A DNA stretch of 61,947 bases, filler included, from Choristocarpus tenellus KU-1152 (GCA_964200185.2; 9 parts of 9 records of this genome joined end to end with filler, not necessarily neighbours in it), one strand, 5' to 3'. Counted from the whole stretch's first letter, positions 40,518-53,859 are shown. Numbers and translations are program-made. The notes: generated by a model not told the origin, from the letters alone.

Positions 40518-43513
40518 GTTTGGCGTTGACTTGGACCTTTGTGAACCCACATTTTTTTCATGTAATGGTGCACATATCTGAGGTGGACCGTCAAAGTGTC
40601 ACCGCTATCCAGAACTGTTTATTCACGCCTTCCCAATATTTGGTGTGGAATATCGTGTTCGAAAGGAAACAAAGCAACCAGTCAGTTCACAATCGGCAGT
40701 TGGTGGGTTTTGGTGGTAATTTCGAAATTGAAAACCACCGTTGATGCAGCAGCTTGTGATATTTCTTGAAAGTGAGTAGAATGCCAAAACTGAAGTCAAA
40801 ACGTTTTGTCTGTATGACACGCTATGTTCAGGCGGAAGGCACTCAATTTTACTGGGGTTACAAGTTTTCACATAGCCACAGTCTCCTGTCTGTGTTCGAT
40901 AAAGGTGTAAGTACGGAGTACAAGTGTAGAGCATGGTTGTGTTGGGTGAATGGAGCCTTGTGCGCGTGTGAGCAGGGGCTAAAAGTGTACAAAAAATTCA
41001 GCAATGGATGCCACCGAAGGCGAGGTTATCGTTACACGGGCAAGTGCCTCCATCCACCTCCCTCCACTTGAACAGGTTTCAAATGTTCTCGCTTTTGAGC
41101 ATGAAAACCTTCATGGAGCTGAGGGACTGGCAAACGGATGGAAACTGCAGGGCAAGCTGGCTTGAGGTTGTCCTGTACTTGTCAGCATGTTCAAGGAGGG
41201 CGGCACTGTAGTATACCTGGAGCAATATAAGTTCAAATTGTGACCACAATGATCACCATGCCTTGATTGCCTCACACAAGCAACAAGGCACCAAGTTGAG
41301 GCTGTCACAGGTGACTTCCTTGCCTGACTCGAGCCCACCCCCCAACCCAGGGTTTGACCTTTTGGGTGATCATTATTAGTTGGGGGTAGAGTCCCGGGAA
41401 TGCAGTCTAGTTGGAAAATATTTGAGATGACTTGCAAGACCCTTTCAACTCGAACTGCCTGCAAGAGAGAGATTTATCAGTGAGGACTTTCCTCCAACAT
41501 CAATTGCAAATGGGGTGTTTGTTCAGTGGGGACAACTCACCTACAATAACTAAATTAGAGGAAAGGAGTGGAATTGGAAAGCTACCACCCCAACAAAGCA
41601 CTCTTCTTGATGGCATGAAGGTCCGGGAAGAGTAAGTAAGGCCTTGCTATCAGAGTTTAAGAGGGATACAAGGGAGGGTTGAGACACACGCTAGGTATGC
41701 TAATGAAGAGAAAACATTTTAAATGCCACCGGTCCCAAGCAGGAGTGAGTAAAAAAGGATGGAGGGGAACCGAACCTGTGTTGGGGCTTTTTAATATTTG
41801 TCATTCTTAGATTCAGCCCCGGATATTTAAACTTTTTGAAGGACTTGATTGATACTAAGGACAGCATTGCAACGACTGATTGCAAGGTAGGAGGTATCTT
41901 GAATTGGACAAATAAATTTTATTATGCTGGTCGCGAAGTTTCCAGTTGCGGATAAAAAGGCATCTGCCATACATACACCAAATTTAGTAGTACCTCCTCT
42001 GGAGTGCACTGGTCAGATGACAAGTTGATTTGAGTGCTTCAGTGCCTGTTTTGTGTAGTTGCTGTTAACAATCTTACATCGCAGCATTCCTACACATCAA
42101 TAATATGAAGTTGAAATGGCAGTGGGTGCTCTCCTTTACACCAAGAGGCTTGGAATGATTGCACTTAAATTGTGCAAAATACATCAGTTGTTGCATTGAG
42201 TACATACACAACAGTACTGACATATTTTTCTTTGCTGCGCTCTTGGAGCAAAGCATCTTGAGGACAAGCCACGAAGTCTTCAACTCCAGCTGCACCACAT
42301 TCAGCACAGAAAAGTCTCCCGTAAGAGATCAACTCCTAGTGAAATTGAACATTTTACTCAAGTCCTCTCCTTAAGACACACACCACAGTCACAGCGTTGT
42401 CATCGCCAAAGTGAGGTCAGCGCAGCTCCCAATCCCAATCCCAAACCCTGCTTTTGGGGAAGGCTCTCCAACACTACCCCTAACCAGCTGTCCACAATCG
42501 ATTCTGCCCCGTACCAATTGTCGGGCTTGTCAACTGAGTGAAACACGCCATCCAGAGTTATTTGCTCAGCGCCCTCTAGGTGAGCAGAGGCAAGTGGTAC
42601 ACAGGCATCCCCTGTAAAATTACGATCATTTTCAAAGAAGGTAGGTGTTTATGCAATTGTAATACACCGTGTGTGTTGTCACTAGTGAGGCGAGAAAGCA
42701 GTGGGTAGACAAAAGTAGTCTTATGTTAGAAGTTGAGGTATAGTGTATATATATCAAACAAGATTTTTTTTAAAAAGTGGACATAAAAAGTATGCACTTC
42801 AGGTAGTTAGTTACAAACGACCTGCTTGTTATCTGATGTACTACTAACTACAAAACAATGGGTGAAACTGGCCTGAGCTTGGTATGGTTGTGTGCTCTTG
42901 AGTAGAGCTCTCTAGAGTTGGTATTGAACATGAGCAATGCCATCGTAGTCTGAAGTGAAGTACTGATATTATGGCAATGTGCAAGAGAAAAATGTTGTTG
43001 CTCACCTAGCATAGATAGGATATTGCATGTTCTTCATGCTTCTCCAGATCAAACATTGTAGCTACAGAAGAACTACGACCAGGTTTCACATTTTAAATCT
43101 ACAAACGTCCAAACTTAGGGTTAATGTGAAATAGAAGGGGTTGACACTGTACTGTAGGTCCTCATCACTATCAACGACAGTATGGGCAGACGTGTGTATG
43201 CAGGGTATATCCCCACCTGTTTGCTCGTTACTTAGTACATACAATTCACACACTCACCCATCACAGCACCCTCTCCACAGACTGTTTGGTAGCTCCTGTG
43301 CAAATCAAGCAGGGTAACAAAACAAACAACATCTTCCGTATGTCAAGGCAGCATGACAAATGCATTTTGGTTGTAGACATAAACCTCCACAAGTCAACTT
43401 AGGCCATGTAAACCGGAATGCTTAGTACTCCGGAGTAGTACTTCCTCCCCCCCTTCCCTCCAAACAGTCATTTTACCCAAACCCTTCATAGACTACTCTT
43501 GCTTTGTCATACC

Positions 43514-43550
<37 letters not shown>

Positions 43551-43555
43551 ACCCC

Positions 43556-43655
43556 NNNNNNNNNNNNNNNNNNNNNNNNNNNNNNNNNNNNNNNNNNNNT
43601 TAATTAATTAANNNNNNNNNNNNNNNNNNNNNNNNNNNNNNNNNNNNNNNNNNNN
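43556..43655. other. Artificial contig linker
   Basis: 44N-TTAATTAATTAA-44N. Confidence 0.99.
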
Positions 43656-44354
43656 CCCTCCCAGATACTTTGGGTCTCAGACACCCGTTCTGAGTAAGGT
43701 TCCCAAACGTGGTCCCTCCTGTGGACTATGTACCTCAGTGGAACAGTCGTATATCGATTGACAAAATCAGAGGTGAAATTGAATCCTGGGTGAATGCTTT
43801 CCCGTCTCCCTGCAGCGTTGAGGATGAAGATAGAGAGAGAGAGGAGGTGGGGGATAGAAATTGCCTTGAGGGGAGTCGCAAAGGTTGAGATGAGTGGTTG
43901 GGGAGAGGTTGATTGGTGGGTTGATGGCTCATGGACTATGCTGGGTAGCTTCCCAGTCTCTGATTTATACATTGATATGCCACTGTTCCACCAGGGCAGA
44001 TGGTCACCTTCTGACCTGATGGAGTAGTAGTATCTCCATATTTGACTGACCCCAAACTAGAAATCCTGTTGAAGACATAGGGTCTTAATTGTCTCATGAT
44101 GTCCAAAATTGTCTTTAATTGGGTTTAGCCCTATCCCTGTTGGAGCTTGGTCTAAGGACTGTAGCCCTAATTCTACGAAGTGTAATCCTATCACCACAGA
44201 CTGTTAACTCCAACCCTATGAATTATAACCCTATCCCAACCCTTGCTCCTTTGTTGATGCTGTTTTTATTTTATATTATTCACATGTGAATATCGATGCC
44301 AATATTACGTCTATGTCAATGTCAATTTCAATGTCAATGTCAATGTTTGAGCAG

Positions 44355-47300
44355 TGATACCAGCGTGTGCCTGCTCAATTACAAGGCGGATGAGACACCC
44401 TTTTGGAACCAGTTCTTCATTGCAGCATTGAGAGACGAGCATGGAAAGGTGGGTTTGTACTACATCAGCACTATATGTGTGTACTTTGTATATTTATGTT
44501 TGTATGTAAATATCGTATCTGAGGTCCGAGACCTTTTAAACTAGTGTAGAATATCTGAAGTTGCGAATACATGCAGTGGAAAAGAGGTGAGAAAAGAAGT
44601 CTCTACAAGCTCAAACTAGAACAGATTGTTGTTGAATAGTGATAAATGCACTTTTTTTTTGTTTAGGTACATCGAACACTTGAGAAAAGAAAAACGAATC
44701 GTTGGACTAATGTGTTGTATACTTTTGAAATTTAATTTCTTAATTAATTTATTTTTTACACCCTCTGTTTGGCTTGATTAAACACCTACGAGTTTGGAAG
44801 GGTGGTATGCCACACCCTGGGACAGTGGAGGTCTGAGGAGATAGGATATGTTTGTATACACTGTCATTAAGCTCTGTTTAAAATTTGGTGGAAATTGAAC
44901 CAGTACATCCCAAGCTCTATGATCTTCCCCTCAGTCTTCAGGAACACAATTTCCTTAGCTACCAAAGATGCATCTACATGTACTACAATCTGCCTATCCT
45001 CCTGCGTCTTACGCACTCCCTTTATGTTGTTATTGCCTAAGTGGTTCAACACAGCCTAGTACTGTGCGAAGAGGCGCCGCCAGACCTTGTTATGGATCTC
45101 AGTTTCATACTATTCACATCTCTTCACCACATTTTGGACAAGTTCCTTAATGTTGTCCGTGCGAAGGCACCCTGCCCTGGTCTGCAGAGAGCGGAAGAAT
45201 CTGAGGTCCAGAGTTTTCGAATTCGGTGACTGGGCAGGTTGGTTGAGCACACATATTGAGAAGCCTCTAGCAGGGACCCAATCACCCACTGCTTTCTCAG
45301 CAGATGCTGTATGTGGCCTTGCATTGTCGTCCATAAGGAAAATAATGTCCTGCTTTAACAGGCATGGGTGAGACACTAAAGCTGGAAAGACCTTCTCTGT
45401 GAACATTTTCTCATAAAGCTCACCAGTCCTGTTGACTGTCTTTGCCTTGATGATACCTCAGGCGCGATTCCAGGATAATCTTCTTCCTGCAACTTGCTCT
45501 GTCAGTGACCAAATGCTGATCTTCCCGTCCCACCAAGTCCCATCGTCCAGAACACAGGGGCGTGCGTTCTTAGGCAGAAACATCACTTTTGGAATGTGTG
45601 ACTTGTGACGTGAGAACACTTAGGTGGTGCCTCCCCAGGCTTGATGTAAGCCCTTTGCCGTTCGGAAACCAGGTCAAACCATTTTTCAATGAGGTGGACA
45701 CAGTCAAACATAGGCTCAAACATGTGCCCTGTACCCTTTTTCAGGATGCTGCTCATGACAAAGACCACCCTATCTACCTTGTGTTGGTCGGAGAGGAAGG
45801 GCTTGATGACTCTTCAATATGGTTTGACCCCCATCTATACTTCCTTATCTTCCCTAGGGTGACTTTGATCTTCACAGCCAATCTCCTCTGACTGGTCTGT
45901 TCCAACAGATGGACTGCTTTGATCAACATCAATATCCTCTTACGGAATGGTTATTGGTTGTCCATTGCAACCAGAGGCTAAACCTATGCCCTCTCCATTA
46001 TCACAGCTCCGTGATGCCACCCTCACCAACCGGGTCAACGTTGTTGTGACTGTTCATACTTTTGTGCAAATTGTGATCAGGTACTACGTTGGACCTTGCC
46101 ACAGGTATTGGGCAGTCAAAAGTACTCTCCAACGGCAGCTTGCCACTTGTACTTGGGGATGTCTTTCGCCTTTCCCATCGTGCAAAGTATGGTGTTGATT
46201 GGTTCAGCCGATCTCAAGAATTTAAAATTCTGGTGTGTTGCAATCACCCTTCTCAATAGGAAGGCAACCAAACGTAACCCCACGATTTCATGGTTTCAGG
46301 CCCAAGTTTCACACCCTGCAACAAGGTGCTCTACCTTCACTGGCACTGTCCTCAAGAATGCAAACCCTCAAGCGTTGGTTGGGGACTTGTTTGAAAGCTC
46401 ATAATTTGTCCATTAATATGTGTATCACCGAACAATAATTTGGGACACCCAAGTCAGGGGCCGTGCACCCCAAAACATGGGTGTTTAATCGAGCCAGAGG
46501 GAGTATCACTTTTTGTATTTTTTTGTACTTCAGAGAAGTTTTTTACTTCACCAACAATAATCTTGCTTAATTATTAGAGGCCACATGCAGTATAGTATTA
46601 TATTGCCAATGAAAACGTTTGGTTGGTATGAATGAAAGTTGGTAAAAAAACTATCTACTTGATTGGAATTGAAGTGAGAGGCAGTATGGGGAATAGGGAA
46701 ATATTCAATAAAATCTATCCCTCCTTCAATTTGATTTAACTGTGGTGGTTAAGTATTTTTTTGTATTATTTATATTATCTTCTTAGCTCCGATTCACAGC
46801 GTAAATGAAGAGTGATTCAAAGTTCCAAATTTCTTATGTTTCTGGACTTGATTGGGTCACTGATGAGATTTTATGATGGGAGTGTTGCAGGGTTATGGTG
46901 GTGTGTAATGCCTGTTGCACCATCTCACAAGCCGGCATGAAGAGGTTTACATGGCTGGGGGAGGTTGTGGAACAAAATCAATCATGCGTGTCCTGTTAAG
47001 GCTCAATGTGATGTACAGACTCTCTAGTCGGGCAATTTTAATTTAGTTAATTAAACCTCTGGCCTTAGCTACGCTAGCTGTACTGTAAGTAATTAAAAGA
47101 AATGCCATCTTCAGGTCAAAATTGAAAATTACTGGTGTGATTATGGAATGATTTGTTTCTATTATTCCATACGGATGAGGCAGGTTTTTGGTGCATAAAC
47201 TAGTGAATGTAGTAGTAGGAATAATTTATTTATTTAGATTAGATTTGTGTTCACATACTATTTTATACTCTGTGTATAATATAATCAGGGGGCAACATTG

Positions 47301-50300
47301 CTTATTGTGTAAAGGCGGACTGTACATTGAACTCCACCAAATTTCATGGGTATCTTCATAATTCGTTATCGAGGATGGTGGATAGTAATGATAATGTACT
47401 CGAGTATGTCCTGCTGTGTGTGTGTGTGTGTGTGGACCTTGGTTGCAATTTTACTTGAAATGGATTAATCTTCCACACACACCAACCTCATGCTCTACTA
47501 AGGTTATACTGCATGTAGTTGTTGAAGGTGTTGCTGATACCCACACGTGTGTGATTGTCTTTTGATTGGCTTGATTGACTTGTACTACTTCAGAGTGTCC
47601 CCTGCTGTTATTGCATTGTTGCAGTGTTTTTTATCATTATTATTAATGTCCTGATATTGTTGCTTATAGTAATCTTGAATATGTTATGTTTACCGGGAAT
47701 TAAAATAGGGTGGCAGTTTAGTCAGTGGAATGGTCTTGACTGTGAGAGAAACTGATGACAGTATGATAGGTGTTGATGGTACCTATACCGTCAGCGGTAT
47801 ACTTTACACCACACTGGCCTGCAATGCTTTGTTGGCAGAAATCTCCAATTTTCTGTCAAAATGGACAGCCCACATAATTTTGGACTTTATTTACATCCTG
47901 GGGTGCATCCTTAAAGCATACTCCCCCTGGTGCAGTAGTTCAAGTAACCATGAAATGGGCTGGTATGCTACACCCTGGGCCAACTAAAGCATGAGAAGGT
48001 AGGATATGTTTGTAGATGTTGCCAGTCAAGGTCTGTTTTATAGTTTGGTGCAAAACGAGTCAGTGGACCATAGGAACTGCCTCGTTCCCAACACCCTCCA
48101 GGAAGACCTCCAGGAAGGCTATTCCCTTGGCCACCAAGGACCCATCTACACGCAATACTCATTTTGATTCTCTTGCCTCTATCGCACTCCCTTGAAGCTG
48201 TTGTTGCCCAAGTGGCTTGGCATACTCTCAAACTGCTTAGAGAGGCTCTACCAGATCCCCATGCGTCTCAGGATCATGCTATTGGTATATCTTAACTTTT
48301 TTTGACGAGGTTGTCCATACTGTCTGAGCGAATGTAGCCTGCCTTTGCCAGGGATAATGTAATCCCTTCGACAGTCAGAAACCAGGTCAAACCTCTCCTT
48401 CTCCAGACGAAGCTGGTCAAACATGGGGTCAAAGATATAATTTTTTGCTGCTCATGATGAAGGTCACCCTACCCATCTTCTGGTTTTTAGAGGAGGGTTT
48501 GATGAGTCTTCGGCATGGTTTTATCCCCATCTCTTTATTTCCTCCTGGTCTTCTGTTTAGTGACATCAGCCTGGCCTTCCTCGTCTATCTCCTGTCACTA
48601 GTTTGTTCGAGCACAGGGACCGCTTCAATTGCATCTAGCTCTACTTCCGAGAGTTGTCTTGGTCATTCCTTTTAATGAGAAGCTATCCCATTGTCAGCCC
48701 ATCATCGAGGTGCTGTGATGCCACCCTCACCTCTCAATTCAATGTGGTCAGGTCCTTCCCATACTTGAGAGCGATTTGTGTCCTGACTCCTTGTCGGACC
48801 TTGCTGAAGTCCTGGTGCAGGCTAAAGTGGTCCAAAACAGCAGCTGCCAGCTCGTTTGTGAGGATTTCCTTTCACTGTTCCATCATGCCATGGTTGATAT
48901 CTGGTGGTGGAGCTGATGTGGAGAATATAAAATTTTGGCATCTTCAACTCATGCTCTTCAGCATCAGGGCAACTGAAAGATATTGCTTGATTTTACTTTT
49001 CAGGCATGATTTTTTTGGCATAATTTTCAGCCTCTCTAGTATATGGTGCTCTACCTTGACCAACACTGTTCTCAAGATTGATACTTGGACTTTGAGGCTG
49101 AATATTTTTGGAATGTGACAGTATGAATTATCAATTTTCTTTTGATATGTGTAGCACCTAGGAAGGTACGACTGCACCACTACACGAGCTGTTCCCTCCA
49201 TAACCTAGTTGCTTACACTACCGGACCAGAGGGGAAAGTTCTTTGGCACAACCAGCATCGAAAAGTGTATGTTTACCGTAGGGTTGGGGTCTAGTTGACT
49301 GTGTGGTCTGACTAGGCAACTCCACTAAGTATTGGTGTTCAATTTATTGTACGTTTAGCAGGAAGTATCATGTTGTTTTGTAATTGCTACTGACCTCAAT
49401 TTACTTTAGTCAGTGGAATTGGGAGTTTGTTGTATTGGTCAGCGCTGTCCTTTGCCCATTAGGTTCTTGTTTTAAGTGCTGGATCAGGCTTTTCTAAAGG
49501 TTTACTTTTGACATATTTTGATAGATATCCTAGAGTGCAGGAGTGAATTTTCTGGATTGGGATGATGGACAGTTGCTATCAGTTGGGTTGGTCCTCTTCT
49601 CGTGTATGTATTGGCTGGACTACTGTCTACCGTGCTTGTTGAGGTGTACATTTCTTTGCACATGAAGGGTTGTTCATTTTTGGAAGGCGTTGCAAGAAAT
49701 ACTACTGACATATGGTTAGTACTGTGCGAGTACCTTATCCTCAAAATACATGAAAGTGTGGTGAGTGGATATTGTCTGCAAATAAAGAATTTGCAGCAGG
49801 AATATTCTACATTTATTTATGGATAACTTTGGCACATGAACATCTATGAAAGATATCACAGATGTCAGTGATTCGTATGCTATCCCATCCTCTCTCTTGC
49901 CACTCTAACTTGTACAAACAAGATATTCAAGAGTATCGTATACTGGAGTAATTTTATTCATTGAAACAAAGGACATCAAAAACTAGCACAGTTTTCGTAT
50001 GTACATTGGAATGAAGTTTAAAGTTGCCTGTGCCTGCTCACACGTACCCCCTTGCACACAATTCGGTTTCTGACGACACTTAGGTGGGTATAATGATTTT
50101 ACTTTTGTCTTTGATGCTATGGTACAATAACAGCCCCAGTGATAAATTGTGTTTACCCAAGTTGAACCCTCTCAATAACGATTCTGACATATGCTCGTGC
50201 CCTGGATTAAATGTGGTGACATGGCCTTGATCCTGAACTTTCGTGCATCCCCCCTCTACCCACCCTATTCAACTTTAGATTGTGAATTTTGTAGGTGTTC

Positions 50301-50422
50301 AATGTGAGGTGAAGGCTGAAACGGCGCAAGAATTTCGTGATCGCCTTCGCAAGATTCCTTTGCCAGAGGAGTTGATGCGAGACAACAATGGGGATAAAGA
50401 TGGAGACGAAGTTGATGGCTAA
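44355..50422 (+). CDS. AUREO: Aureochrome-type LOV blue-light photoreceptor, last two exons
   Basis: Exon 44355-44448 (DTSVCLLNYKADETPFWNQFFIAALRDEHGK) splices in phase 0 to exon 50279-50422 (IVNFVGVQCEVKAETAQEFRDRLRKIPLPEELMRDNNGDKDGDEVDG*). This is a C-terminal LOV half with conserved Asn, Asn and Gln. The bZIP and GRNCRFLQ exons were not found on this contig. Confidence 0.88.
44759..46503 (-). mobile_element. Full-length but decayed plant-type mariner (DD39D) DNA transposon in the LOV gene intron
   Basis: TIRs CACCCTCTGTTTGGCTTGATTAAACACC and GGTGTTTAATCGAGCCAGAGGGAG, with TA on both sides (44757-58, 46504-05). Transposase motifs MFDCVHLIEKWF, WDGKI and DDNARPH...QPAQSPNSKTLD, with exactly 39 residues between the second and third Asp. 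Frameshifted. Confidence 0.93.
47921..49235 (-). mobile_element. Second, internally deleted mariner-like element
   Basis: YIFDPMFDQLRLEKERFDLVSDCR parallels the first element, and GTGATGCCACCCTCACC occurs in both (about 46010 and 48715). Degenerate TIRs TA|CTCCCCCTGGTGCAGTAGTTCAAGTAACCA and TAGTTGCTTACACTACCGGACCAGAGGGGA match at 21 of 30 positions. Confidence 0.7.
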
Positions 50423-51810
50423 GACCTATTTTTGATGGCAACAAAAATGTGCTTTTATCACCAAACGGTAACAAGAACGGGTGAAATATGTGTCGGCTTT
50501 TTTCATCGAAAATTACTTTGGAGCAATGCATAATTTTGATTCGTAAAATCAAGTGACTGTGTTTTTTTCTGGTACAGCCCTTAGGGAGAGCTAGGTAGGC
50601 AAAACAAACCGATGTAGAGGTTAATGAGAGAGTGATGAGATTGAGGAAACACTGCTATGGTCCAACTCCTGTTGTCGTACAGTATGACTGTTTATCCTCG
50701 GAGATATATGGCATCCTTGTGACTTTATTTGATTTCAGTGTTTTCACGGCCTGGTATATAGTTTATTTTTGTCTGTGATAGCTAATACTTTATGTGGTAG
50801 TGTTGGAGGATGGTTCTGTTATGTTTTAACTTTATATTATCATTCTCTTGTGCCCACCCCCCTGTTGCAAAGTCCTTTTTGTGTGGACAATGGATTGATG
50901 GCTGAAGGTAAAGGTATGTATGCAAAGGGAAGGATGGGAGGATCAATATTATGGGTGATGTAATGAAAAGTCATACTTAATGTATTCCACTACTACATGC
51001 TGTACAAGATGGATTGAGGGTGATTTGTTGGGGTGTGGGGTGTTGACAATGTCCGTATGTATCAACTCCCAACACCTTTTGTAATTCTCTGTCGCTGACT
51101 GACATACGGCAACTTCAACATGTAAGAATATCACTGGTATTAGCTGAAGGGATGGCCCTGCCTCAGCTCTCGGTAGGATAGGTAGTGTTAATGCACTGCG
51201 GTTTGAGATGATACATCTCTCAGCAGGAAGCACTTATCGAAACAATCTCTTTCTGGCGAGCAAGCTTTCAACAAGAATTTATGGTACTTACCCTGCTCTC
51301 AAACGGTGATCGTGTTGCTAGTATTTTTTTGTGTGTGTTAGCTACAATTTTTGGTTGTTGATGAACCGTATGTGACACCCTTGTGCCCATTGTGAGAGTT
51401 ATCTCGATCTATTGGTACGCTGGTGGGCTTGCCACTGCCTCCACCGCAATTTACGGCACCCTTATGGATATGCCACTTCTCTGCCTGTGAGAGGATTGGA
51501 AGAGCAAAATGGGCTTCAAGGTCATTTTTGACACCAGGCTGCCATTTCGCCTGGCCCACCACCCAGGTTGTAGTACTGTACGCTTGCAAAGGATTCATCA
51601 CATAATATATGTCTTGGCTGGTCCTGATCCCCAGCATCTTTTGCTTCCCCTGTATTGTGCCAGTCAGTACATCTACTGTAGATGGTTCTTGGTTAGTATT
51701 TTACCCTCAGATGGGTTTTGGACGACATGTGCTCTCCATCAATGGCTGAACCGGCATGACCCATCCTCAAGCAGTTTATCATCAACTGGAGCTCGATCTT
51801 TTCTAGTTGA

Positions 51811-51867
51811 AGAGTGAAAGTATCTTAGAGGGTACGAGTTTTGCCCTGTTTGTCCATTTGGGGCTTG
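51811..51867 (+). mobile_element. MITE end, same family as 32231-32493, cut by contig end
   Basis: AGAGTGAAAGTATCTTAGAGGGTACGAGTTTTGCCCTGTTTGTCCATTTGGGGCTTG aligns to about 32231-32290. Confidence 0.75.
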
Positions 51868-51967
51868 NNNNNNNNNNNNNNNNNNNNNNNNNNNNNNNNN
51901 NNNNNNNNNNNTTAATTAATTAANNNNNNNNNNNNNNNNNNNNNNNNNNNNNNNNNNNNNNNNNNNN
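51868..51967. other. Artificial contig linker
   Basis: 44N-TTAATTAATTAA-44N. Confidence 0.99.
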
Positions 51968-52062
51968 CCCCAGATACCTTGAGCCAATATCCATGTTTTG
52001 ACACACCTTTTCATAACGTACACATTTTACCTACTCCGAAGCATTTTGGAGTAGGAAAATAT

Positions 52063-52140
52063 CATAAAAAACCCGTGGGAAGCCAAGCCCCAGACGGACA
52101 AACAGGGGAATACTCATACCCTCTAAGATACTTTCACTCT
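52063..52140 (-). mobile_element. MITE end, same family
   Basis: The reverse complement AGAGTGAAAGTATCTTAGAGGGTATGAG...GTCCGTCTGGGGCTTGGCTTCCCACGGGTTTTTTATG matches about 32231-32308. Confidence 0.75.
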
Positions 52141-52159
52141 TCGCATCAGCCCAGCCAGG

Positions 52160-52720
52160 TACACCGTTTAATCTACCGTTTGACAAAGATATACAATCAA
52201 AACGACAGTTGCTGAAGCCTTTCCGACCACACCAACCCATCTACCGAGTGATTGAAAATCCCCCTCAAGTTTAGCTTCTCACCCAGGCCAGTCACACCAA
52301 CTGATTCATCTTGTGGTTGAGCAAATCTACGAAAATGAGCTGCTGCAGCCCAGTAAGCCACACCACGTTGTTAATCTCCTGGTTGTAATCTACTCCAAAG
52401 GTCAGTTCCTGCAGCCCAGCCGGCCACAACACGTTGTTGACCTTTTTTGGTTGAAACCTTTTTCAAAGGTCAGCTACTGCAGCCTGGCAGATAAAACCAC
52501 TTTGTGTACTGGCTGGTTGAATCTTGTCGCAGCACATTGTCAAATATCTCCTCCAACAACTCTAACTTAAGCCGCTCCCAGGTCAGCTCAGAGAAGTATG
52601 GATTTGGCACATATGAATCACAATCACCTCGCAGAAGTAGGAGTGATGCGGCATCTGACACTGTCAAGTGGAAAGACAGTTTCCCCGACACTCTACAAGT
52701 GCAGCTAAGCATCCTGAAAA
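52160..52720 (-). pseudogene. FNIP-repeat protein pseudogene
   Basis: Units of about 66 bp (22 aa): FNQPVHKVVLSARLQ*LTFEKG, FNQ..VNNVLWPAGLQELTFGVD, YNQEINNVVWLTGLQQLIF and FNHSVDGLVWSERLQQLSF*. Stops and frameshifts present. Confidence 0.85.
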
Positions 52721-53859
52721 AATCTCGTGAAGATGCTTAGTGCTAAGCCACACAGATACTAACAAGAACAAGTGCTACACCAATTACCATCACAAAATGA
52801 TCTCGAGTCGTGTTTGACGGCCATTGTTGTGCCTTAGGAGGAGTGGAAAAGGGTGTCTGGGGGTCATGGACGTATTGAAGTATCTCAAGTTGTTGAACTT
52901 CCAAACAGCATTAGTGTGGCCAAACAGACCATGGATCCAGGTTTAAAAGGGAGGCGCCCCCCCCTGTATCAGTGCTCATTTAGCAGCCTAGTTAGAAAGA
53001 AGAGCGTTCCCTTAAGTTATCCTTTGTTCTATTTCTCCTTGTCACGAGTGAGGACACTACAGACTATAAGTAGGGTGGCATTCATCACACCGCATACAGA
53101 GCACAGTCATGACGTCTATTACTGCGTGTGTGTGCTATTCTAACTCATGGCATTATTTGGAGATTTCAACTTCTAAAATTTAAGAATAATATTAACCTTA
53201 AGATTCCACACTCCGTACGTCTTTTGACCTCGATCATACCACGTTCTCGTGGCTCAGTAGTTGAGGTGACAAGCATGGATTTAGTGTTTTCGAGCCCCCT
53301 CGACCTCAGACTTCAAATCTGGTTTCGATTATGCTGTTCCACCTACAAAACTGGATTGTACACGGATTCTTATCCTTTGTATATCCTATACCACAAAAAA
53401 CACTGGGCCAAGACCAAGGTGGAAAAAACCCTCGAACGGATCCAGGAGGAGGAGATTCAAGGGTGATAAACGTGAGACGAGGGCTGGGATTGCTGAATTA
53501 AACACTCGTAGTAGTACAATTTGTTGTAAGTGGAACCGAGATTGTTGTAGTGGTTATGGTATGAGAATTACTCTTCTTTGTAGAGCCTCTGGTCATGGTT
53601 AGGGATCATGCATATCAGTAGTTATCATTATTTTGATAACTATGATTCACCTCTCCATAACCTAAATTTATAGTAGAAAAATAGATCATTATAGAAATTT
53701 AGAAAAGGTGTACCCCTTTATGACCAATGCGATTAATACTTGATCATAGTATCATTATTGTATCCTTCATGTTCTTCCTTGACACCTACTAAATACTTTC
53801 AATCAAAAGTTGAAGGTAGATAGGTCTATCTATATGTGCAGGGTTGAGTGAAACGGGAA

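Noticed and set aside
41000-42620. Coding-like degraded block downstream of DOLPP1
   Set aside because: Probably old transposon sequence, but no family motif, TIR or consistent frame was found.
52200-52520. 66-bp periodic repeats as a CRISPR array
   Set aside because: The units translate as FNIP repeats on the minus strand, and there is no cas context in this eukaryotic DNA.
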